From the NCBI GenBank assembly GCA_943788985.1, contig CALSSJ010000036.1:64001-128000 (forward strand): a DNA stretch of 64,000 bases, in the 5' to 3' direction. The notes beneath the pieces were generated by a model that was given only the letters and a program-made list of their open reading frames with translations, had not been told where the DNA came from and did not search any database. The translations under genes and the position numbers were made by a program. Within the stretch, counting starts at the first letter, position 1; each line of letters starts with the position of its first letter. Positions 36,301-44,681 of this stretch are shown here, one piece after another. This DNA is from an uncultured Lentisphaerales bacterium. Its GTDB lineage: Bacteria > Verrucomicrobiota > Lentisphaeria > JABSQK01 > UBA12247.

Positions 36301-36607
36301 CATCTACCTAAACGGTACGAATGTTGACGACATCTCCGCTTTGACAGGCATGCCGGTGACCAACTTGAATCTGAGCGGCACCCCAATTCTAGACCTTGCC
36401 CCACTTTCGGGTCTACCGATGCGCAAACTCAATCTGGAGGCCTGTCCCAACACGCTCGACCTGCAGCCGCTCGTGGCCTGTCAGCAGCTCAGCCGACTTC
36501 AATTGCCACGCACCTATAAGAATCTCGAACTGTTCCGCGGCCATCGCGCGCTGCGCTACGTCACCACTGCAGAAGGCTCCAAGCGACTCAGTGACGTCCT
36601 GAAATAG
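30365..36607 (+). CDS. Ser/Thr pseudokinase - TM - very long coiled coil - leucine-rich repeat protein (2080 aa)
   Basis: VAMK, RFAEE, LDHPGI, APEQ, TDVYALGAILY present; HRD/DxG absent; TM ~aa385-405; Ala/Glu/Gln heptads ~aa410-1745; ~11 21-aa LRRs. Confidence 0.9.
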   Translation: MAQRAQRAALNELLADRDLQVQIELEDTLSQQRGLPHRRSGSRYDVGDLLGSEATGDVHVARDCESGRVVAMKVLRASDLSNDSMVARFAEEVQLQSQLDHPGICAVHDVGVTDDGLPYYTMRRATGLSLQDILNRLVAGNPEAVARYTLQHLVEIFHQICDAIAYAHRQGVLHCGLSPSAIHVNSFGDVEIGRWELAELTGRQRTPIRREAEPQDEEEEAPSGGSPTSMARWVVQTGLGKSAARPDGIDVLHPAPAFAAPEQVSGERATVTTDVYALGAILYNIVYLRPPVAGQNDREVLAAIEAGNIAQPAAGVAMRHASDMPVPDELAATMAKALNLLPDSRCLSVAELRHAVILPTPTNAPVPVSFASDLGGLAKSSPGKLFVFAAALVAIGLAVGAMSLAGNDGKNSESKERIAALNVELAATTSSRNKALAELSQAKNMLREGPDADGIADAQKEAKAAREWADTARREAQASRENADLATEQAEAYAREIDTLRKEAVKLRQEMELTRRSNNNTSVDSGLQAKLADSLESIAQLKDRAEKAELESTTTAADLMAAREQLKAVTTKLTGAQTKLQSAVAVSDSGASSKALRDQLQKLSKVNQELLSQIDQQRQELVEVEQAKTAVAAASTALKSTTAELAGAAEEAEKWKLEARNAQRAKELATREITALREKTGEIMRRLEARDQEVVRAQIALAQKEKAYQAELEAIRTSKTATGQTLDASQAELASFRDRLQTAQQELAKQTDARDKALARESALHRALEATKQDQDRIAATLAGTTEEAAKWKLEAGNAQRGKELVARELTALREKNAEITRRLETQDQEVVQAINALDQKEKAYQAELEAIRTRKAATDQTLEASQAELASFRDRLQTARQELAEQTEARDKALARESALHRALESAKRDQDRTETTLQELQAALDKTEASSTKLAADLAAAKTRATTADDQVARLATVNGDLAHQLEEAKVRAEEAMALAKPATEEAGLAMKQAQVARQAAETARAEADIARAEADLARKAADVAREKQEEAEVAIANSEAAQRQAADNVAKARATAAAAAGRADVAEEVAAKAKDAARTAKRGQAATAAERDDLRAELNNLQTTLSALSNQFQTLNEDAKRLKASEAELRTNLDGSQQRALTAETQLAELTETAEQSKQDLAEALTAADNTAAQAKDLHQQLANLTGEFELLKKARLKAMEESGASLAEANEARAQMEEMRKSLTEAQATLALAQDAQRQSEEARDAALLARHAAEKSDDDAKVAAQQALEEANRQQVAADKATADAEDHKARSEAMAQQLAAAKERVAALEQAADEALLLAQRNKQETAQSSATLAAAQVKLDKTTAELASLREERSKLLDTVQLLNGQLETARQTATTADADRTDSRRQLAEAKAQLQDIAARADTLREAATSSVAESQAKIVVLEGKLATLTEESAALRANVAEARTRDEAAQTAMRSLETQSKQLTLLKERLETTMVALEASKATLAEQETAQAGSTAQITALRKQLAAQQASIENYELATDERVKMALADVAGRQQALDDAKRQTDELTVLLRATRNELGEAQRKFLEHQEAASRFRRQIAVLEKTTQDETAARAELSELLNTATENTEALTIQLRALDGDKKGYAAKIDQAERERQAAEQARTAALLQANEAVAQRKAAEEEARRTRDSYEHAQASWVESQSMAENLRNQLGELRREQALASSSNALAVWQATAEQLKIELKKANADLARLRSEQQSTRATTPTLAGTRLPTRVVPVAAPKLSDAQLKAKLLSAEKLLQSQNSGLQLESPIFNVSEGKVEVRLSNKPNLVDISALNGLPITHLYLQGSGIRDLNGVSRMPLRVLNLYQCRRIGNFAPLRSKRLIELDATDTTLNDLRVLAGMPLTRLFLDGTSVQDLLPLRGMPLTYLSLNKTRITDLTPLRSMRLRTLSATDTNVSDISILSGMPLQSLGLSRTLISDISPLRGLELHVIYLNGTNVDDISALTGMPVTNLNLSGTPILDLAPLSGLPMRKLNLEACPNTLDLQPLVACQQLSRLQLPRTYKNLELFRGHRALRYVTTAEGSKRLSDVLK
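32297..33118 (+). repeat. Intragenic tandem duplication, 2 x 411 bp (137 aa)
   Basis: AAGTGG at 32324 and 32735; KWKLEA...QKEKAYQAELEAIRT...ASQAELASFRDRLQTA...ARDKALARESALHRALE occurs twice. Confidence 0.95.
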
Positions 36608-36611
36608 CCCG

Positions 36612-36911
36612 ATGGAAGATAAGGCCCTTCTCAGCGACGAACAGGTCGACACCAAACTCTCTGGCATGCCAGGCTGGCAACGAGCCGGTGGATTCATCCA
36701 AAAGACCTTCCAGTTTTCCGATTTTCGAGCGATCAACAGATTTCTGCCATATCTTGCAGCAACGATCGTCACACAAAATCATCATCCAGACTTCAATCTG
36801 GATACAACGAAAAAGCAAGTCTACGTGCGCGCCACTACGCACAGTGCCGGGAGCACAGTCACTCAAGCCGACCTCGATCTTGCAGAAGCTCTGAACGCAT
36901 GGGATTGCTAA
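36612..36911 (+). CDS. Pterin-4-alpha-carbinolamine dehydratase
   Basis: KTFQFSDF, NHHPD, TTHSAG, D..LA; 99 aa. Confidence 0.92.
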   Translation: MEDKALLSDEQVDTKLSGMPGWQRAGGFIQKTFQFSDFRAINRFLPYLAATIVTQNHHPDFNLDTTKKQVYVRATTHSAGSTVTQADLDLAEALNAWDC

Positions 36912-36917
36912 CAAACA

Positions 36918-39065
36918 ATGGCAAACATTGAGACACGGTGCACACACTGCAAAGCTGTATTTGAAGCAGACGAGAAACAGATAGACCGGAAGATCCCCTG
37001 CCAGAAATGTGGGGAAACGTTCCTAGTGCGGCGGAAGCTTGGCTTCAAGAAAGACACCAGTTCTCCAGTGGAGCCCGAGACCACGCCGGAAGCACCTCCC
37101 GCTCCAGCGCGCGCGCCGTCCAAGGCCAGCCTCAAGAAACGTGAGGCCCTCGCCGAGTCAACGGTCATTGTACCGCCGCCCGAGAATCCGCCGCCACGCC
37201 GAACGGCACCGCCTGCTGCTGCGCCACTTATCCGCCCGGTTCAGGCAGCCAGCCCGCCGGAAAATGCCCATGCTTCCATAATGGATGAGTCGATCCTCGA
37301 CGACTACGAAGAGAGACGCGCCGACCGCAGAAAGCACAGCATCTTCAGCCTGATTTTCCGCTTCCTGCTCTTGCTTGGAGTCGCAGCGGGTGCCTACTGG
37401 TACGTCACCAAGCCAAAGAGCAACCGCAACATCGGCCTCCGACCGCCCAAGCCACCAGTACGTGACTCCGCACAAATCTCCGCGGATGTCTCGCGCATCG
37501 TCGCTATCAAGACCTCCGCCAAGCGCCGCCGCGAACTTCGCAGCCTGCTGCTTGCCAACGATCAGCAGACCATCATGGCTCTCCTGGATGCCAAGTCGCC
37601 TTCAGTCGCGCGTGATTTGGCGGACCTGGCAGCGATTGTGCCCACCGATGCCGCTCCGATCCTTGGGCGCATCATGGTGCTCAGTGACGCGCAGGCAGCC
37701 AGCACGGCCACACGCTCCATGACAGCCATCGCCGACTCCCTGTATCATGGAATCATCGACCTTTACCTGAAGGCTTCGCCAGCCAGGCGATCGCAGTATG
37801 CCAGCATGCTGGAAGGCGCGGTAGCATCCAGGGCAGCCATAATGACGCGCCTGCGAGATGAACTTCCTGCCCCCGAGGCATTGGCGCTGTTGTGGCAACT
37901 CGGTGATGAAAGTGTGGCCGAACAACTGATCGACGCCAGCTCGGCAAATCCCAAGCTGTTGCCCATCTTCAGTAAGATGACGACTGCCCAAGAAGCGACG
38001 CTGAGTCAAATCGCCGAGGTCGCCGGTCCAGATCGTGTGGTCGCCATGATGCCGCTTTTCCGCGCGCACCGGAATCGACAGCTCTGCGGCTTCGTATTCG
38101 AGCATGACGACTCCTTCCAAAAGGCCAAACTCCTCGCGATCCAAGCCTGCAAAGAGGCCAACAGAGCAGACCTGTTGCTGGACCTTGTGAACAGCGAGAA
38201 CAGTGAACTCAAGAAGGCCGCCTTTGCCGCAGTGGATGCGATCAAGCCCAACGCCCAGCAGGCCCTCCGGACCTATATCAAGGCCTATCCAAAGTCAAAG
38301 GGGGTTCTCGGCAAGATGGTCGCGACCTCCATCCCGGTGGGCAAGGATCTCAATCGTCTGCTTGCGCAGGGGAAGTCCGCCGCCAAAGCAATCGAACTGG
38401 CTGGCCGGATGCGCCGCGATGCTGTGGCCGCTATCCCCATGATTGTGAAGGCCACAAGAGCCAATCCCGGGCTCGAGAAGGCCGCCCGGACTGCTCTCTT
38501 AAAAATTGGCGGGCCCAACTCGACCGATTTCGACAAGCTGCTCACCTTTCATGGCGATAAGGTCGCTGGCACCTTGGCGATGGATTCGCTCGCGCGAGCT
38601 GACTCGGAAATGACCGGAAAGATCGGGCAACTCGCTGATTGCGTGGGCTCCGTATCCTATAAGTCTGTGGTAAAGACACTCGTGGAGATCGGTGCCGACT
38701 ATGAAAAGATCCAGCCAAAGATCGCAGAAATGGTTGAGGCCCCGCACACGACCAAAGGAGCAGTCGCTTGTGCCACGGCATTTGGTGATACTGCCACCAT
38801 TAAAGCGGCTCTTTCCAGCATGGAAGCTGACATTCGGGCCGCTGCCTTCCCGGCCGCGGCAAAAGCCGTTCTCGCACGAGTTCTCCCGCCAAGCGACTAC
38901 ATCAGCGCTGCAAACGTAGAAGTAGACTGCCCGGAGGCGGCGCTGAAGGGACTGCAAATTTGTGCTTCCCAGATCAAATCGATCGAGTCGTCCGTCGAAC
39001 ACCTCGCGACCGTGGTTGACAACAGCATCTCCAAGAAGGCCCGAGAACGCCTAGGCCTGGAATAA
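36918..39065 (+). CDS. Zinc-ribbon (MJ0042-type) + TM + HEAT-like helical protein
   Basis: CTHCKAVF...CQKCGETF, Pro-rich linker, one TM, Ala/Leu-rich helical C-terminus. Confidence 0.8.
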   Translation: MANIETRCTHCKAVFEADEKQIDRKIPCQKCGETFLVRRKLGFKKDTSSPVEPETTPEAPPAPARAPSKASLKKREALAESTVIVPPPENPPPRRTAPPAAAPLIRPVQAASPPENAHASIMDESILDDYEERRADRRKHSIFSLIFRFLLLLGVAAGAYWYVTKPKSNRNIGLRPPKPPVRDSAQISADVSRIVAIKTSAKRRRELRSLLLANDQQTIMALLDAKSPSVARDLADLAAIVPTDAAPILGRIMVLSDAQAASTATRSMTAIADSLYHGIIDLYLKASPARRSQYASMLEGAVASRAAIMTRLRDELPAPEALALLWQLGDESVAEQLIDASSANPKLLPIFSKMTTAQEATLSQIAEVAGPDRVVAMMPLFRAHRNRQLCGFVFEHDDSFQKAKLLAIQACKEANRADLLLDLVNSENSELKKAAFAAVDAIKPNAQQALRTYIKAYPKSKGVLGKMVATSIPVGKDLNRLLAQGKSAAKAIELAGRMRRDAVAAIPMIVKATRANPGLEKAARTALLKIGGPNSTDFDKLLTFHGDKVAGTLAMDSLARADSEMTGKIGQLADCVGSVSYKSVVKTLVEIGADYEKIQPKIAEMVEAPHTTKGAVACATAFGDTATIKAALSSMEADIRAAAFPAAAKAVLARVLPPSDYISAANVEVDCPEAALKGLQICASQIKSIESSVEHLATVVDNSISKKARERLGLE

Positions 39066-39208
39066 ACGCTGCCACGCTTCCAGTAAGACAGCCAAGCGTC
39101 CATTTCCACTGAGCGGGGAAAGTTCGCTGTTTGTTGTGGGGAGCCGTCTGCGGAGGTGTAGTGGCTGGTGTCCTGCTTTTCCCTACTCAGCACCCCTCGA
39201 TACCCCGC

Positions 39209-41518
39209 ATGATCCGTGCTTTCCTCTTTATACTCGCCTCATCCATCATTCTCCTGTCCGACCTGCCGGCTTCAGAGCTTAAGCAACCGCTGCTGCGCGA
39301 CGGCGCCTGGTACCAACGCTGGTACTTGAACAAGGTTGCAGAACAGCAACTGAACACCAAAGATCAGCTTCAGCTACTCTGTAAATGGACGGGCCAGAAC
39401 GAGTTTTTCACGCATGATCCCCAAGGCCTCAGCGAACACGATCAGGTTACCGTCAACCTGCAGACCGACAGCCTACCGCCCGCGGGCAGCGTCCTCTACA
39501 TTTTCACCAAAGACTGGGACAATCTCTGGCGGCAATTGAGATTCGAACTTGGCCAGGCTACCGAGTGGCAGCTTACCGTTCCATTGGGCGGCCCGGACGC
39601 CGCACTGCACTGGGGAGTCGTCGGCCATCAGCGACCGTGGCACCAACTCGCCGCCTCTCAGCTCATCGAATTTGGTCTTAAGTTTGACGTAGAAGGCACA
39701 CCTCCCGAGTCCGAGCAGACATTCACCGTGGTCTCAATCACCGGCAGTTCGCCCAAACCGCCAGTTTGCGAAGTTCGCAACATCCTTCCCGGCCCGGACT
39801 TACTGCCAGTTGGCGAAAAGTATGAGCTCTCGTTTCAGCTGACACATCCCTACTCCAATCCATTCGACACGCGCGAGGTGGACCTGATGGCAGAAGTCAC
39901 GCGCCCCGATGGGACGCAGACCCAAGCGCGTGTCTTCTACCACGAGCCTTTTGCCTTCGACGAACAGCGCTTTCATGCGGACCTTGAGCCCGCTGGAACG
40001 CCAGATTTTCGCCTGCGCTACACGCCGACCCAGGCGGGGCTTCATCGCATAGCCGTACGTGGCCATGTCGGGGATCGTACCATTGCCCTCCCCTCCCAAA
40101 CCTTTCAGGCCACTCCCGCCCCCGACTTTCGCGGCTTTCTCCAACGGTCAACCGACGATCCCTTACTCCTGACCTGGTCGCAAAAGGACGGCGAGCACTG
40201 CCCGGTAGGCGTGAACGTCCGATCCCCCTACGACAATCGCTACCGCGACTCCTTCCCATACACAGCGTGGGAAGACGAAGGCCTAACCATGTACAAGCGG
40301 CTGTTCGAGCGCTACGCCGCCTTGGGCATCGATACCGTCGAGCTGTGGATGTCTCCGTGGTGGCTCGCGCTCGAATGGATTCCGGACGCCCCTGGAAATC
40401 ACGGTCTCGGGTACTACAGCCCCTGGCGAGCCTGGAAGCTTGATAGGATTTTTGAATGGGCCGAAGAATACGACATCGATATCATTCTCCTCATTCACAA
40501 TCACGGGAAGTTTAGCACTTGGTGCGACTCTGACTGGGCTCGAAGCCCGTGGAATGCGAAGAACGGCGGACCACACGATTCCCCCACACGATTCTTCTAC
40601 GACGAGGAAACAGTCGCTAGCACCAAGCGCATGCTCGACTACCTCGTAGCCCGCTGGGGCTATTCGCCCAGGCTTATGAGCTGGAAACTGTTCAGTGAAA
40701 TCGACTTAACAGGCAAAGACCGGCAATGGTACAAGCACCCGCACATGGCCACCTGGCACAAAACCATGGGCGCATACTTGAAGGAGATCGACCCCAACAA
40801 GCATCTCGTCAGTACCCATTGGTCCACCAGCTACCAATGGGTAAATCGGGATGTCGCTGGCCTCAAAGAGCTCGACATCGTACTCCTCGACGCCTACTAC
40901 CAAGGCTCCGGAGCCAATAAGCTCTACGTGACCGTCCAGAAAACCGGCGAGTTTGCATTGGACATAGAAAAGCCATGTGTCATCACTGAATTTGGGGGTA
41001 ACCCCTACGGAGACACCATGGGCCACATCCTCCACCAGCATCACTTGGGGCTCTGGTCGGGGTACTTCCACAAGATGGCCTCCATCCCCTTCTTCTGGTG
41101 GTTTACACTCTTAGAAGAGCACCCGGGCCTATATAGCCGCTACCGCGGCATTGCCCGCTTTATCGACAACGAGGATCGCACTGGCGCGGAATTTCACAGC
41201 ACGGTCCTTGGCCAACTCGGGTATTGCGAACTCCGCACCCCCGGGCGCCTGCTCCTTTGGATCTTCGATCGCAAGTACTACTACTCTGGCAGGCTGGATG
41301 CGACCCCAGAGGTACACGACGAAGCTCAGATTCAGCTGGAACTTGACAGCGGTAGGTATCATGTCGAGTTCTGGGACCCTACCAGCGGTGATATCCTAAT
41401 AACTCGCGAGGTGCTGTGGGATAGCGGGGCCAAAAATTCGCTGCCTTTGCCAGCCTTCGAGCGCGATATCGCGGTAAAACTGTCGCCTCTCGGCCAGACG
41501 GAGTTGCGGGAACGTTAA
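39209..41518 (+). CDS. Secreted DUF5060-like / clan GH-A (GH5-like) glycoside hydrolase
   Basis: Signal peptide, YSNPFD, RYTP..G, YLVARWGYSP..WKLFSEID (acid/base Glu), ITEFG (nucleophile Glu). Confidence 0.75.
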   Translation: MIRAFLFILASSIILLSDLPASELKQPLLRDGAWYQRWYLNKVAEQQLNTKDQLQLLCKWTGQNEFFTHDPQGLSEHDQVTVNLQTDSLPPAGSVLYIFTKDWDNLWRQLRFELGQATEWQLTVPLGGPDAALHWGVVGHQRPWHQLAASQLIEFGLKFDVEGTPPESEQTFTVVSITGSSPKPPVCEVRNILPGPDLLPVGEKYELSFQLTHPYSNPFDTREVDLMAEVTRPDGTQTQARVFYHEPFAFDEQRFHADLEPAGTPDFRLRYTPTQAGLHRIAVRGHVGDRTIALPSQTFQATPAPDFRGFLQRSTDDPLLLTWSQKDGEHCPVGVNVRSPYDNRYRDSFPYTAWEDEGLTMYKRLFERYAALGIDTVELWMSPWWLALEWIPDAPGNHGLGYYSPWRAWKLDRIFEWAEEYDIDIILLIHNHGKFSTWCDSDWARSPWNAKNGGPHDSPTRFFYDEETVASTKRMLDYLVARWGYSPRLMSWKLFSEIDLTGKDRQWYKHPHMATWHKTMGAYLKEIDPNKHLVSTHWSTSYQWVNRDVAGLKELDIVLLDAYYQGSGANKLYVTVQKTGEFALDIEKPCVITEFGGNPYGDTMGHILHQHHLGLWSGYFHKMASIPFFWWFTLLEEHPGLYSRYRGIARFIDNEDRTGAEFHSTVLGQLGYCELRTPGRLLLWIFDRKYYYSGRLDATPEVHDEAQIQLELDSGRYHVEFWDPTSGDILITREVLWDSGAKNSLPLPAFERDIAVKLSPLGQTELRER

Positions 41519-41565
41519 GATTCGCTACAGTGCTTGTATATGCCGAGCTACACTGGAGAGATTTT

Positions 41566-41982
41566 ATGATTCGCTATGTTCTTATGGCCGCCACAGCCGT
41601 CCTTCTAGTGGGCTGCACCACGACCGGTACGACGGTCAACACCGACAGCGGCGAGTCGTACGAATTGCGACGCAGCGGGAATTCCTTTGTGGTCGACGTC
41701 CCCAGCACAATTCAAGACACCCATCTTGCGATCCTTCGCGGGTTTCGTGACCTGCGCATTACGCCAATCATGCACAACGATGCGGTCTCCGCGCTCTACG
41801 AAGCAGAGTTCGCAGACGCCACGCCATTCTCAGTGCGCCTGTCGCAGATCGACCGGCACAACGTCCATCTCAGGATACGTGTCGGCACGCTCGCCGACCA
41901 GCCTCGCGCTGAATATCTGTTTCGCCAGTTTGAGTCGTACTTTCCCGACGAGCGGTTCAGCTTGGGACCGGACGGAAAGTAG
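41566..41982 (+). CDS. Lipoprotein, DUF3568-like
   Basis: Lipobox LVGC; IRVG..AD motif near the C-terminus; GGAG RBS. Confidence 0.65.
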   Translation: MIRYVLMAATAVLLVGCTTTGTTVNTDSGESYELRRSGNSFVVDVPSTIQDTHLAILRGFRDLRITPIMHNDAVSALYEAEFADATPFSVRLSQIDRHNVHLRIRVGTLADQPRAEYLFRQFESYFPDERFSLGPDGK

Positions 41983-42000
41983 CTAACGTGATGCCCAGCC

Positions 42001-43698
42001 ATGTTCGACACCCCTCATCTTCACAGTGACTGGGTAAATCGCGAACTCGCGTCCCTGAGCCTGACAGAGAAGCTTGCCCAACTCCTCGTTGCGCATCTTA
42101 ATCCGGAGCACAGCACGCCCATCCTGCAAGCCAGCTTGGGCCCCACCCCAACAGGCGGATACTGCCTGATCGGCGCCGACGCCAAAGACGTGCTGCGCAC
42201 AACTGCCTGGCTCCAGAAACGCGAAGGTGTTCCGCCATTGATAGGTGCCAACATGGAGCATGGTGCCGGCCGCATCATTCGGGGTGCCACCGTGTTTCCG
42301 GACGCATTGGCTCTGGCAGCTGTTAACGACGAAAAGTTGGCCTTGAAACAGGCAGTGTCCATGGCCCGCGAGGCAAGAGCCCACGGCATATCATGGAGTT
42401 TTTCCCCAGTCGTCGACCTGCAGGCTCATCCCCATAGCCCGGCGGTAAACACCCGAGGGCTCGGCGACTGCCCAGAGCGAGTGATTCGCCTTGCTGAGAA
42501 CCTTATCAGAGGCATGCAAAAGAATGGCCTTTGTGCCACAGCCAGGCATTTCCCCGGCGACGGGTTTGACGACCGCGACCAACATGTCTGCACCACCACC
42601 AATCCGCTTTCCATGGATGCCTGGCATGCGACCAGCGGCCGCATCTTTAAGGCCGTAATCGACGCTGGCGTACATACAATCATGACTGGTCATATCGCCT
42701 TGCCCGCCTGCGATCCGGGCACCAATCGAAAACTCGGAGCACCACCAGCCACGCTCAGTAGCCGGATTCTGCTGGATCTCCTGCGCTGTGAGCTCGGCTT
42801 CAAGGGGCTTATCCTAGCCGGGCCTGTCGACATGGGGGGAATCACCAGCCAGGGCAGCCATGTAGAGATTCTGTCTGGTGCCATCAACGCTGGCTGTGAC
42901 ATGCTCCTATTCTCGAATCCCAGCCGCGATCTGCCACTTCTCCAGCGTGCAGTTCAGCGTCACATCCTCAGTGAGGAGCGAATCGACGAATCAGTCCGCC
43001 GAGTCCTTGCTCTCAAGGAGCATCTTCAACTTCACCAGCCGTCCCCAAGCCCCGCTCTAACTGACGACGATCGCACCCGCCATGCCGCGACGGCACGTAC
43101 GATTTCTCGCCGTGCGGTCACCGTAGTGCGCGATCGAGACAGCATTCTGCCAATAACACTTGGCCGCGGGCGCCAGATCCTGTCCATGCAGGTCAAGGGT
43201 GCGTCCAACCGCTCTCTGGCTACCATCGACGAATGTCTTCGTAGCAGCGGAGCAGATCTAACACGCATGATCGCAGGCGAGGCCGATCTCTGGATCAGTG
43301 AAGATGACGTGAATTCTTTCGACTGTATTCTGGTCCACCTGCTCTTCTGCCCAACCCGCAGCACCGCTCGCGTTCGTCCAGGTGGTATGTACATGCGCAC
43401 CCTGAGTCGTCTCCTGAGTTGCCGACACCCGCGGGTTGTCCTGATTTCGTATGGCTCCCCCTATCACGGGCACGACTTCCCCCATCTTCCAACCCTCATA
43501 AACGCCTACTCCTCCGACACACAATCGCAAAAGGCTGTTTTCGATGTTCTCCAGGGCAAGCTAGTCCCAACCGCCACAAGCCCTGTCTGTCTAGATGGGC
43601 CAGCGACACTCAGCGAAGCCTGGGCACGCGAGACTGCCTGCCGTCAAGCCCCAAATTCCGAGCGAATAATCCTCGATGGGCTCACACGAAATTATTGA
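42001..43698 (+). CDS. GH3 beta-hexosaminidase-like protein with degenerate active site
   Basis: FSPVVD, NTR, RHFPGDG..DRDQH, MTGHI, LLRCELGFKG, AGCDMLL, GSPY; nucleophile Asp absent. Confidence 0.85.
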   Translation: MFDTPHLHSDWVNRELASLSLTEKLAQLLVAHLNPEHSTPILQASLGPTPTGGYCLIGADAKDVLRTTAWLQKREGVPPLIGANMEHGAGRIIRGATVFPDALALAAVNDEKLALKQAVSMAREARAHGISWSFSPVVDLQAHPHSPAVNTRGLGDCPERVIRLAENLIRGMQKNGLCATARHFPGDGFDDRDQHVCTTTNPLSMDAWHATSGRIFKAVIDAGVHTIMTGHIALPACDPGTNRKLGAPPATLSSRILLDLLRCELGFKGLILAGPVDMGGITSQGSHVEILSGAINAGCDMLLFSNPSRDLPLLQRAVQRHILSEERIDESVRRVLALKEHLQLHQPSPSPALTDDDRTRHAATARTISRRAVTVVRDRDSILPITLGRGRQILSMQVKGASNRSLATIDECLRSSGADLTRMIAGEADLWISEDDVNSFDCILVHLLFCPTRSTARVRPGGMYMRTLSRLLSCRHPRVVLISYGSPYHGHDFPHLPTLINAYSSDTQSQKAVFDVLQGKLVPTATSPVCLDGPATLSEAWARETACRQAPNSERIILDGLTRNY

Positions 43699-43739
43699 CC
43701 TACAGTGAAAAGCCCAGCAGGCCGAAACAGGGTAGCAGT

Positions 43740-44593
43740 TCAGAAACGGTAGACGCCCCCTGCTCTGCCCAACCGCCGAATTCGGCAATCTGCTGCAACT
43801 CCCAGTCATCGCTGTAGTGCAGCAGATACATCTTGCGAGTCATTTCCTCGGGCAAATCCCGGAGATCGTCGAGCGGTGCATGGACCGAGCCGCGAAAAAA
43901 CTGCACGCCATGAAACATGACGCTGCTTTTTGGCCCGTAGTAATCGAGCAGGGCGCGGTCGAACTTGGTGTCACAGGAGATAAAGACCTGCTCGTTGACA
44001 AACATCCATCATGAAATAAGGCTGGTCTCCCAGGTGGTGCTTTGCTCCGGAATGTGCGTGGTACGAAACAACTCGATATGCGATGGGCCATGCTGCACGG
44101 TATACGTTTCCCGCGGCTGCATTCTCTTCCTGCTCGGAGGGATCACCTCGAAAAAGTCGCTGAATGATAGCTCTTGAGCAGTACCCACATCTTTCTAGTT
44201 CCACTCAAGGCCACCACGAAGGGTATAATCCCACAATACCCGTTGGTAGTTCTCATCAATGATAATCGTGAGCTTTTTCTTGCCCAGCGTGAGCATTCCT
44301 ATATAGCGGTTCATCAAAGCCAAACTCTCAATACCGCCGACGTGGTCCGCGTGTGAGTGCGTCAGCAACACCACTTCGATATCGGGTGGCTCAAGTCCGG
44401 TGACATCACGCAGCGCCCGCGGCCCCGTCATCGCAAAGTCCACCAGCACATGGTGATCTTCCTGCACCAACAAAAAGTTCAGTTAATTGTGCCGTGACGC
44501 GAACGCAGAACCAACTCCCAGGAAGAAGAATTCCAAGTCTCCGTCATTTGCCAGCGAATACTTTTCTCCAAGCTCCGGCCTACGCGTGATCAT
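43740..44593 (-). CDS. MBL-fold metallo-hydrolase; three to four indels
   Basis: FLGVGSAF, THSHADHVGG, TTH, SCDT, SVHA, LHY motifs across four ORF fragments; end inferred (VYRF*). Confidence 0.8.
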
Positions 44594-44681
44594 CCGGTGC
44601 GTCCGTTTCAGACTCCCAATCACCGTAATTAGATAAATGCCTCCTGACAGGCCTAATCCGGAAACTGAGCGCTCAACGCTC

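Noticed and set aside
30365..36607. Phage tape-measure or SMC protein
   Set aside because: No phage genes nearby and no Walker motifs; the termini are kinase-like and LRR
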